Shown here: positions 32,996 to 44,200 of the stretch, piece after piece | Numbering within the stretch: position 1 is the first letter of the stretch | How the letters are laid out: the number at the start of each line of letters is the position of its first letter | Program-made: the position numbers and the translations under genes | Notes under the pieces: generated by a model | The model's input: only the letters and a program-made list of their open reading frames with translations | Databases searched by the model: none | Told to the model about the DNA's origin: nothing | From: Marsupella aquatica | Taxonomy: Eukaryota; Plantae; Marchantiophyta | Reading direction: 5' to 3' | Assembly (NCBI GenBank): GCA_973895155.1 | Contig: OZ316896.1 | Span: forward strand, 14,976,684 to 15,040,683 | DNA length: 64,000 nucleotides

Positions 32996-35900
32996 TGTAT
33001 ATGTATTCTCTATCCGGTATGTACCGGCTACGGTCTAATTCTAATTAACCGTCATGGAGAAGGGGGGAACATATGTTTTCTATCTAGAATTTCCCGAGGA
33101 GATACATATGGGTAACAAGAGCTAGTACTAGGTAGGTAGTTTATTTCTTAAGTATGTCTGCTCTATTTGACACTTTGTCAACTACGGCTTAGTTCTAGTT
33201 AGCTCTCAAGTATAGAGGGAAAACTCATTGGTTTTACCTTCTAGAACTTCCCGAGGATATTCATACGGATAGTTAGAAGTAACTGTGATGCCTAGACAGG
33301 AATCACTCGGCCGGTTAAGTGGGTAAAGCAGGAAGGCACCTTAGGAACACCTTAGTATAGGGACAAAACAAGGAAAATATAAACAATTAGGGGCAACCAT
33401 GGAACCCGGGCCGAGGCCGGAGGTAAGGCTGAGGGTGAAAACCCGATTAGGGTTAGGGCGCGTTAAGCGTCGGCGGCTAGGAAGGATCAACGGGAAGAAG
33501 GACCGGCGGAGGAGAGGGGTAAGGAGCGCTTGCAGGAGATGGTGGCTCATTTGCGAGCACGAACTAGGCAGACGACTACGGGAGGCCAACTACTGTCAGC
33601 TGCTTAGGCAAGCACTCGGGGAGAGAGTAGATACCGACGATCGACCTAAGGAGGGTATGAGCAACGTCAATCAAGCGGCACATTTCTGGGGATGCCTGTT
33701 CAAACGGGCAACTGAGTACATCAAGACTTACGAGGACGAGGAGTCAGAAAGGGCAGCTCGAGAACGGCAGGAGCTCGCTCGATTGTGGGAGCTGCAGAAG
33801 ATGGCTTTCTTAGGAGGCGAACTCATCAAGGACGAGTTCCTGTGGACGCCTACTTCCAATCAACTCGACGATCTTCTGTTTTGCAAAGACAGCGTCGTCG
33901 GCATCCGAGAGGCCATCAAGAACTGCAACGACATACACTGGGAATTAAAGGGTAGCACGGAAAGGTGGACCCAGGCAACGGTGCTAGGAGAAACCTCTAC
34001 GGCAGCAGAGATGAAGAGGAAGGGAGCCGTCAACGATGAAGCCACCCCGGCAAAAAGAACGAGGTCGGCGGCACCAAAGAAGCCAGCCGAGCAGCAGAAC
34101 AGGAGGCAGGGAGAAGCCGAAGAGGAGGAGGTCGATCCCATCAAGGCCATTCCAACCAGGGATGACACCTGGAATGGCTGGGCGGCAACCCTACCGGTGG
34201 AGGTGCAACTACATTTTGCACGGGAGGAGGATGCATGCTTTACGGCCATGCAAACCAAGAGGTACCAAGGCTTCATGGCCGGATCCGGCTTGGAGGCCTT
34301 TGTAAGATTACCATGGCTGAAGCCGGAGGTACCGGAGTCAGACCTATTAGAATTCGTGGGGTCATGGGAACCCGAGACCAATTGCACGAGGATATATGGG
34401 AAGGATTTCTATCTTACTCCCAAGGTAATTGCCGAAGTGTTTGGCCTGCCGATAGGCAATAAGACCAAAGTTGATACCAGGAAGACCTTGCCTGACAAGG
34501 AGTTCCGGTCGTTCCCCGGGCCATCAACGAAGAATGGCTTCTTCCGGAACACCTGCACCAACCCGCACATAGGAGAGATGATCGACTTCTTGCGGGTGAC
34601 CATGCATTGTAACTTGCCGAGGGCAGAGATCGGCAAGGCACAGGTCTATCTGGCAGAAAGGCCAGACCCAAGCCGGGACTACAACGGGTACCTCCTCAAC
34701 CAATTGAAGAAGATCTTAAAGGAGGAGCAGCAGGTAATCGGCATGGGGAGCGTGTCGCGGCTGGGCTATCATATGCCGCTGTTGTGCCGGTATGCCAGAG
34801 GTCAGACTTTTGCCCCGGTACTTCCCCTGCAGGTAAGGGCACCCGAGGAAGCTCCAACGCCGAGGCCGTTGGCTGAGAAGCCTCAACCACCTGTTAGTCC
34901 TACGATCGAGCAGGTGTTTAGGCCCAAGAAGGAGGACTTGCCGATGCAGCAACCAGGCATGCAGAGTCTGCTGAAACTACTGGAGAAAGAAAAGAAATCG
35001 GCATCGGCAACAACAACGGCAACGGCAACAATGCAGGACACTACTACAGAGGTAGGCCTACACCGGCTCACAAGAGAAAACCCCTTTGCTGGAGACAAGG
35101 AGAGAATCAGGCCGGAATCCAAGCCAGGTGTTCGAATGTACGTGGGAACCTCAAGCTCCGAATCTGAGGCAGAATTGCCTGAAGCTCCTACCGATGAAGA
35201 GGAGAGGGAGAAGCCGGAAGTCCAAGAGGTAGAGGAGGCAGTGGAGGCAGTGGAGGACTGCAGCCATGATAATTCCGGCTATGGGTCGGACCATCACGTT
35301 CCAGGAGTAAGGACCTGTGGCCGGTTTGTCCCCACACTTCCAAGGGTAGTGCGAGGGGACCCCAACCAGCAGAGTAGCCCTGAGTCTCCCCCACCAGATG
35401 TTGCTCCCCCGAGCTTCGACGGCATAAAACAGACGGTGCAGGAATTTCAGGAGCGAATCAAGCAGGAGGAGGAGGCCGCCCTGGCTAAGGAAAAGGATTT
35501 ACCAGGAGGAGATTGGCCGGAGGACATCAGGCGGCTAGCCAAAAAAGGAAGCAAACCTCTAGCCACGATTGAAGAGATCCGCAGGACGGCTTGGGAGCAG
35601 AGGCCGCGATGGGCGATGCCGATCACTTCTACTTACTCCACCTACGCTAAGAATAGAGCCATGGAGTATGGTGAGATGTGTGGGGAACTTGCGCTCGGCA
35701 TCTTTGGAGAGGAGTTGGAGGTAGGACCCTTTTTCCATAGGGAGCAGTTGGAGAAGCACCAATTAGCAGAAGCGGTGGCTTTAGAGAGAAGCAAGAAGGA
35801 CGAGGTCATTCGGCGGCTTAGGAGGATGGAAGCCGAGATTGAAGATCTAAGGGCGGCCAAGAAAGCCCAAGATGAACTGCGGATTAAACGACATGAGCTG

Positions 35901-37961
35901 AACATCATGTAGGGGCAGTTGGACACCGCGCAGGCTGATAATCAGAATATCAAGGATAAACTGACTCAGACGCAGGAAGAGTTGGCCGACACGATCAAAG
36001 AGAGGGAGAAGTGGAAGCAAGAGCTGAAGAATACAGAGGAGGCCCACATAACAGCCAACAGCCGGGCCATGGCGGAAACCCAAAGAAAGGAATGGGCGTT
36101 GAAAGGGGAGCTCGAGAAAATCCGCGGAGCCCTTGAGCAGAAGGAGGCCGAGTTAGGGAAATCCTATCAAGGGATTATGGCGCTGCAGCAGGAGCTTGCG
36201 TCCCTGACGGCCAGCTTCAAGGCCGACCTAAGGGAGAAGGACGAGATGCTCGAACAGACTTACGCCAAGATGAACCAGATGGAGTCTGTCATCATTGCAG
36301 AGCTCGACAAGGAGCTAAAAGCAACCCAGGAGGAGAGGACTACCTTGAAACAAGAACGGGAGGAAGCCCAGAAGGAACTAGAGGAGGCACGCAAGGACCT
36401 GGATGAGACCCAGGAGGAGTTGGAGGAAATCACGAGGAAGATGGAGAACCTCCAGCGGCGGGCCGACAACCAAACGGAGCGGCTGAAGAAACAAGCCGCA
36501 GTATTTAGGTGCTTGTCTTCATCAGGCCCAACTCCAATTGGGGCAACCAAGTTACCAGGAGTGGTACTGGCCGAAGAAAAAGCCGCGCCAACTGCACCAG
36601 TGCCGGAGGTAAGTGGGAAGGGGAAGGGACCAGCTGCCGAACCAGAAAAGAAGAAAAAGCGGAAACCTTCAGGGTCAAGGAGTAATCCGACTCCACAAGC
36701 CGTGGTGACCAAAGAGGTAGAACCAGCACCATCCTCCGACATGAATACGGCAATAGATCCCGCTATGATCACAGGTAGGGATGGTGCGGCCCAAGCCGAA
36801 CTACTCAGTAAGGAGGCCAGTATTCCAGATCCGCCTCTTGAGCAGGCCGGGGAGACCGTAGCCGAGGCTGAGGCCGTAACCGATTCTCGAGCCGATGCCG
36901 ACGCCGATGGTGGACCCAGTCAGGCCGATGGAGAGTTGACTCAGTCAAGGGCAGGTAATCTGTCAGGGAATGAGCATACGGCAGTGGCTGAGGAGGAAGC
37001 GTTGGGGGCGTCCATTAAGGATCCACCACCGGTGTCGTGACGGTGCAAGGGCGCCGTTCCTTTTAGGGAGGGCGGACGTGGAGGGAGGAGGCGTGAGTGG
37101 GCAGGGCGGGCGCGGATCTCCACGTTTAGGATTAGGATCAGAACCAGGAGCGGCCCTGACACTTAGCTTAGTGGGATTGCGGTCCCACTGGTAGGAGCAA
37201 CACTTGTGCTCCTGCCTTGCTGTACATAGGTAGATTCGGGCAAGTAGATTACTGTTAAGTAGATTAGGCTTACGATGCAAAGAATGGCGGATCCACTACC
37301 AGGATAAGTACCTGGGCAGCGGGGAGCTCAGGGCCTCTTCTTTAGCAAGTTTTTAGTTTGCACCAGCCGGGCTGGGATCAAGTAGTACGAGAAGCTCTCG
37401 GTTAGTCATACAGTGACCCTTGTGTATATTCATGTTTCCTCATGCCTAAGAGCTGAATAGAGTTGGCCTCACGGCTTAGTTCGCAGAACTTGTGTATGAG
37501 ATGTACTGTTTGTATGGCAAGTGCATGGTATGACTCAGTCAGAATGAGTCATTTTGCTATTTGTGTGTCGCATTAACTTGTGTGAAGAGTGCCCACATCA
37601 ACAGAAGGAAGGAAAGTAAGCAGGGGAGTGAGAGTTGGATGTGTCGAGCTAAGAGAGGTCTTAGCGGCTTAACCAAGCCTATTGGGGATCATTCTGGCGG
37701 CGGAATCCAAACATACCTAACAAGACGGAGGGGAAGACAGGGGAAGACAAGGGAAGGCCTATATTAGGCCGGCTACGTATCTCATGACCCGATGAAGGAT
37801 CTGTCCAGTATATGTGTGTAAAATGTTAATAGTAGTAGTAGAAGGTTAGCAGCGTCCCATGCCGCTAAGCCGCGGAAACGGCCTCGCCAAGCACGAAACC
37901 TGCGGGAATCGGCTTGAGCTGGGGGGTTTCTTGGGTTTAAGGAGCCATGGGACGCACCACA
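32996..37961. mobile_element. 5.0-kb TG..CA-bounded insertion (solo-LTR-like, Ty3/gypsy-related) replacing the end of the copia RNase H
   Basis: Begins TGTATATGTATTC exactly where copia homology stops and ends ...GGGACGCACCACA shortly before the copia PPT. No matching TSD, no internal LTR pair, no pol. Confidence 0.6.
33399..37040 (+). CDS. About 1210-codon retroelement accessory ORF (putative plant-transposon domain plus long coiled coil), one in-frame TAG
   Basis: ORFs 33399-35912 and 35919-37040 share a frame, separated only by TAG at 35910-35912. GLEAFVRLPW...LLEFVGSW...IYGKDFYLTPKVIAEVFGLP resembles the extra ORF of Athila/Tat-type elements. Extended heptad region. Confidence 0.65.
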
Positions 37962-40004
37962 GTAACACTACCAGGTAGTTAGCTGAGGACGTACTAGAGT
38001 CAAGGGGGAGTTTGTTAGGTTATGCCTCTAGTATAACCTATATACTTCCATAGTACTAGCTAGACTTCACTATACTAGGATAGCACTAGTTTGAGTTCCA
38101 GGTTCCCATAGACCGTGGGTGCATGGGGGTATACCCAAGGGGAACACAAACTTGTGCTCACATTTGAAGTTTCACTCTTCAAGAGACAGAGTGAGATCTA
38201 GTAAGAGGAGGAGCTCTAGCACGTTGGTTATGGCGGATATAATCGGTGTGTATTACTGGATTTCTCTCACGGCCATGGACGTAGCCTAGACGGGTTGAAC
38301 CACGTACTTTCAGTGTCAAAGTCTATGGATGTTGTTCACATGTGTTGACGCTGTCTTGTTTGGTCTAGATCATATCCCAACACGTTGAAAGGGAATGAGC
38401 CACAACAACGACATAACAATTGAATGTGTGTGTGGCTGGAGTGTTTGCCTGATCAGATATATATCTCCCCACATTATCTTGGACACAAATTTGAAAACCC
38501 AAATTCTCACTGAACTTGTGCTGCTGAGAGCACGGGGCCTCAGTCACTCAAATTTGTAACAGTTGTGTATATATTATAGCACTTGTTAGTGATAGTTTCA
38601 TGATGGTGTTGACCATACTGAAGTGGCATAGATTGATAAAAGAGTGTGGCTGCATGATTTTCCTCCCTTTGTCAGTGAGCAGTCTATCTTGTGCTTCTTA
38701 ACAGAAACTGTACATTTGTGCCCTAAATTCTGCGCCCAGCTCCCTGAGTGCATTTGTAACTCTAGCTTCTAAGTATGAGCATGCATTTATCAGTGAGTGC
38801 AATTTTATGGGGTTTGTGCAATTACCAATAAGTGCAGAGAGACACTTATCAAGGGGTTTGCACTTATAAAGTAGTTGTTTCTTGAAATGATTCCAGGCCT
38901 ATGTGAACTCAATTAGAATTAAAAGATCATGCACAAAAAGTGTTCACTCAGTGTAAAATGAAAGGGAAGAACTGGATGTCCTGTGCTTAACCAATTACTG
39001 CGGTTATGGAGTACAGTGCACTTAGACAGAGCTGACTGTAAAGGTATTTTTAAATCTAAAAATGATTCCGGGCCTTTGAATTGTGTGAATTAAAAGACAC
39101 ACTTTTGTTTGAAGATTTTTGGCTGGACATGCAAAAGGAGACAACCATAGACATATATCACAGTCAACAATACTGGCAGGTACTAAGACTGAGACGACAC
39201 TAAATAATATATATTCTCTTAAAATCAGTTTTAATCTCCTAAATCAAAAATAAGTTAATTTTCTTCAAACCCTTCTATATTGAGTTCTATATCATAATTT
39301 AGTAGTGGCTGCAAAGAAAAAGGCCCTCGTTGGGGACTATTTTCTGGTAACAATTGTATTAATGATTAATGTGTTATTCATGGGGTGAAAAAATAATTTA
39401 ATAAGTTTTTTGGAATTTAATTTAATTTTTTATATTTTAAATAGATAAAATAAATAGTAATAGTGCATTGTTTTAATTATTGAATTTCAAGACATAGTTT
39501 TATGATGTGTGATAAAGTAGTACAGCTTTTTACTAAACTACCCCCCAAACTGGTAGTTATTACCATATTGCCCCCAAAACTAAAATATTTAGTACACTGC
39601 CCCCCTAATTGTATTTTGTCACTTTTAACCCGAGTACTTGACCACTGCTGCATTCCAATTGGCCAAAAAATAACCATAGTCAGAAACCTAAGGTCAACCT
39701 TACTGCAGTATTGTCTTCGTCTGGGCTGAAGGCGCAATCATGTTCAATGTGTATTGAATGGGTCGGAAGCTAGTGCCACGCTTGCATTGGGGATTGGGAC
39801 CTGAAGTAACCCTCTGCTTATCGGGCCTCCATCAAGGCGCCTTGTTTTCTTTGGGAAAAACAACACCAAAGTGTCATTTTTTTAAGCCCTGCCAGTTCTG
39901 AGTTCTGAGTTTCATGATGCAAGTGATCATGAAAGGAAGGCGCAATGCTGGGAGACAAGGATTGGGGCAGATGAAGGCGATCGATTTGTTAAAAAAAAAG
40001 ATTG

Positions 40005-40325
40005 GGGCAGAAGGCGAGCCAGTTTGGGAGAGAGGGACGGGGAGAGGGATTGAGGCAGAAGGCAATCAATTTTGGGAGAGAGGGATCGGGGCAGGAGGCA
40101 AGCTATTTCAGGAGAGAGGGATCGGGGCAGAATCGCAAGTCATTTTGGGAGAGAGGGATCGGGGCCTAAGCTGAGCGAGGGACGTACGGAGGGACTCGAG
40201 TTGCAGGCCTTGTTGCCTTGAGATTTTGGGCCTTGTTTTGATTGGGAAAAACTTCCAAAAAAACAGCCGGTTCAGGCCCAATTGTTCAACGTCAAGGGCA
40301 GGTGCCGGGAGAGAGGGATCAGGTC
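40005..40325. repeat. Degenerate repeats of gggagagagggatcggggcag
   Basis: About 5 copies are visible. Confidence 0.7.
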
Positions 40326-40490
40326 AAAAGGCACAGGTGTGTTCTCATAATGCACATTCAACTCTCTTTTGCTTGGCCTGCATTTCATTCTCATTTTTGT
40401 TGCCTGAAAATTCAGTCTAAAGATAACTAAGTCACATAAAGATTATATTTAAAGATGAAAAGTTGTGTCTCTTGAATAAACCTTTTGATC

Positions 40491-40837
40491 TGTTAGGTAT
40501 TTACTCAAGGTCTAGGGTTATGACATGTAACCGTAGTTAGACTAACCATAGTTGGAGACGTGGTTAGGTTAACTAGGATGCACACTATATGCCAAGCGGT
40601 GTTTGCTTGGATAAGTGGAACTTAGGCTCATTGTTATAGAGCCACTTGAGAGATGAGGAGAGCTTACACTATGGAGACTTGGTATGGCCGATGGGCTTAG
40701 AGTTCAGTAAAGCTCTCTTGTGTGTTCCCGTGGACGTAGCCTCGAGGAGGTGAACCACGTATCTCTTAACTGTGTCAACTAGTTGCGCATTGGATGTGTC
40801 ATGTGCTTACCGTTACGAGTGTCGTCTATGCTCAACA
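40491..40837 (+). mobile_element. Solo LTR, 347 bp
   Basis: TGTTAGG...CTCAACA with a perfect 5-bp TSD TGATC (40486-40490, 40838-40842). Confidence 0.92.
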
Positions 40838-41519
40838 TGATCTAATCAATCACAAAATTAATCCGTGGACCCCATGTTCATCCAAGGAATGTGTGTGTGT
40901 GATGAAGTGAAACCAATTTTCAGCTAGGTGATAACCAATGATTTTGAGTCTCTCGGTGGTCTTGGTGACTGTGTGCTCGTACAAAAGAGAACGCTCGAAA
41001 GATAGAGGAGATCAATCTGGTTGAGATGATCTCTCTTGTTTATCAAACGGAAGGTTCAATGTGGAGGAATTGAGTTTTTTTACGGTTTTCACTTACACAT
41101 TGGAGAAATCTTGTTCTCTACCATTCCTGATTGATCGTTTGGGAGCTACGTTGAGCATTACCGCCACAAGACAAATTGGAGGACAGCATTCAGTTGTTTG
41201 CAAAATAACGCTTGTCATTTTGGTGGGAAGAACGCACAAAACGGATGAGCCATCACTTCACATGAAGGTTTTGTAGTTTTTTATTTAAGAAAGTTATGGT
41301 GTGAGGGGGAGACCATCGATTGTTTCTTTGACATAGAGGCTGCATTTGGCGTCAACCTGTGTTCAGAGTAAGCTTCAGTTGAAGACTAGAGGGACGCAAA
41401 AAATTAAAGCCAGGAAGCAAGCATTGCGGACAAGCGATGGCGACGTAGTCAAAGAAATCAATCTGTGGCAGCTAAATTTGTGACGGTGACGAGATTGTGG
41501 CATCTTTTAATCAAGAAAG

Positions 41520-41990
41520 GGGTTTCCAATGAGCCTCATATTGACAAATTTGTCAAGTTCCAAATGAGTTTATGAATTTCTATGCCTTTCCAATGAGTGT
41601 GACAATAAGAAATTTTGATCATGAGTTCATGCATTCTTTTAGCTTTCCAATATTGAGTCCAACATTAACAAATTCCATGTCAGATTTTGTCACCGTATTA
41701 AAGAGATCATGAAGTTTTCAATCTCTCTAGCTTTTTAATGTGTGACATTGGGAGTATTTGTCAAGAATTAGAGAGATCATGAGTATACAAATTTCTCTAG
41801 CTTTCCAATGAACCTAACATTGATAGATTTTTTCAAGTACTAAGGAGATGCATTTCTATTTTACTCTAGCTTTCCAATGAGTGTGACATTGAGAGATTTG
41901 ATCAAGACAGTACTAAAGAGGTATGAGTTTCTAAATCTTGATCTTGAGCTTTCAAAATGAATCAAACATTTCATCAAGTACTAAAGAAAT
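41520..41990. repeat. Degenerate tandem array of about 60 bp (ctctagctttccaatgag..gacattga..aattt.tcaag)
   Basis: The ctttccaat core recurs about every 60 bp. Probably a TE subterminal repeat. Confidence 0.7.
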
Positions 41991-43699
41991 TGATTATTTA
42001 GTTTTACAATGTGGAGCCAAAAGGTTCTATATATGTATATTTCTATCGATTGGTTTTTTCAAACTTGCACAAATTAAAAATACAAGCATTTTGATATAAA
42101 ACACTGATATATCATTGACAAACATCAGAATGGTGACTTTATTTCACTAATTGACATCTCTTCTTTTGTATTCTGGTTTTTTTATGCTGAATACTTACGG
42201 CATGGCACCCCAAAAATTACATTATTTTTGCCACAAACATGAATGTGCACTTTTGTTACTGTAAAAACTATGATCTTTCCTGTTTGTGGTTGTGCTGATG
42301 TGGCACAACCTCGTGGCAGGGAATTTGCAAGGGACCTCTCATGGGGGTCTGCAAATAATAAAAGACATTTGATTAATGACTAAAAGTGAATTTTTGAAAT
42401 GGACAGCCCTCGCTGCTCTCGGGAATTTTTACAGCCACTAAATCCATTTATAATGTTGACATCTCTTTGTTGACAATGAACCGACAGGCTGACATTGCTA
42501 ATTGTCCAGCTTTTTCAGATGGAACAACAAAATGAACTGTAACAAATCCCCACTTTGTCCACCACTTGCACTTACTTAGCACCTCTATGACGAGTCAGTC
42601 TTCCCCATCAAGTGTCCAATGATGTATTCCCTAATTGTTTGAGTAAATAATATTTTCACCAAGTCAGAGTAGTGTACATGTAAGCACCACCTGCCCGTCT
42701 TTGTATATATATCCAAGAGGCAATTAAGGGAGAGTAGATCATCTTGTTCAATACAATTTGTTGGGGGTTTTGCCTTTCTATCTTGGATGACAAGACTAAT
42801 CCCACAAGACACTGGAGTCTAGGAAAGGTAAGGGGATGGGGTAGCTGGCTGGGCATGAAATAGTGCCAAACCTGCAAATATTTATAGGTGAGCCTTTTAC
42901 ATGATACCATAGGCTAGGAAAGAGTGTCAAGATCTCTCTAAATCTACCCTCCTTTAAAGTAGGTGAACAAATATCTCTCAAAAAATCTCTCAAAAGTTCA
43001 CCTACTTAATCTCTTTAAATCTCTTATTAAAGTAGGTGACAGCGCCATTAATATGGCAGTTCCAGGGATTGGTAGCCCCAAATGTTGAAATTCAGAACTT
43101 CCCTTTCTGTCCTCAATATCTTCTTTAGACAACTGATGTCAAGGGCAGTGTTCTTTTTAGTGGCAAAAATTAGCTAATTCCACCTCCCCAAAAATCTTTT
43201 GCCACTTTTGGCTAAACTCTGCTACTATTATGCTCACTCGTTAGCCAGTGTTCCACCTAATCCCAGGCCCCATTAGCCAGAATCTAATGGTCAACCTTTA
43301 ATATAGGGAGTGCTGATGGTCAGAAAAATAATTGAATAAGGAATCTTTTGAGTATCTTCTCCTTCACACACTCTACTAACAGTCGCCCCTCTGGCAAAAA
43401 AGTAAACTACTTAAAAAAATACGCTGGTCAGTGGCACCAGAAAGTGGCTCATGCCATCACTATTCCTTGTAGGTCAAAGCTACTGATTTCAAGGTTCTAG
43501 ACAAATTTTTGTGACTTCCCCTATGCACTTCACTGTGGAGTTTGACCACACTTTTTGACCACACGTACTTTTCAGTTTTCTGGTCAGTAGCTTTAATTAG
43601 TTCTTTGGCCGTTAAGTATAGGGGATTCTTGAGCTTTGTGGTTCTTGGGTCTTCCTGGTTGGGGTTTCCCTTGTTTTCAATTCTCCCCTTCCTTTAATT

Positions 43700-44200
43700 T
43701 ACCTGGTCCTCCCCCACAGCAATTGCGGGTTGATTTGACCATGGTCCATGATGGCCGATGTACTTTGGCGGATGTTGTGGTAGCAAACCCTTTGTGTCCG
43801 AACCTCATTGAGTTAGCGGCGACAACGGTAGGGGCAGCGGCATCCCGGGCAGCCTCGACAAAGGAAGCAAAATATGTCGCTCAATTAGCTTCATGTGATA
43901 TCTTTCTCCCCCTCTCTATTGAGCTCTTTGGGAGTCTTCATTATCAGTTCGATGGGCTTCTTCAACAGGCTGCTCGTGATATTCACGGACGGATGGGTCC
44001 CTCCGGATCCCCACTATCCATCTTGACCACAAACTTTTGTCAGTGCATTTCAGTGGCCTTACAACACGCCCAAGCTCGAGTCATTTATTGTCGATCCCTC
44101 ATAGTGGGTGCCACTGTGCCCCCTAGACACTAGCGCCCCTAGAGGACATTCATGTCCCACTTGCTGATTTGGTTAGGACATTGGATGTGACCCACTAGCT
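43700..44200 (+). mobile_element. 5'-truncated CRE-like non-LTR retrotransposon (C-terminal restriction-like endonuclease)
   Basis: RVDL......TLADVVVANP.....A...GAAA.RA..TKEAKY.....FLPLSIELFG.....ISVALQHAQA follows the REL-domain pattern (R.D..D..K..KY..P...E..G). T-rich 3' region. Confidence 0.8.

Larger units (their letters stand above)
28033..38382 (+). mobile_element. Ty1/copia LTR retrotransposon (Tork/Tnt1-like), decayed, with a nested insertion
   Basis: 5' LTR remnant 28033-28162; PBS TGGTATCAGAGC (tRNA-iMet) 28165-28176; gag-pol; PPT AAGGGGGAG 38002-38010; 3' LTR 38013-38382 (TG..CA). Confidence 0.92.

Noticed and set aside
39511-39640. Mutator-like TIR appearance (C-run motifs)
   Set aside because: No partner TIR or TSD located in the window.
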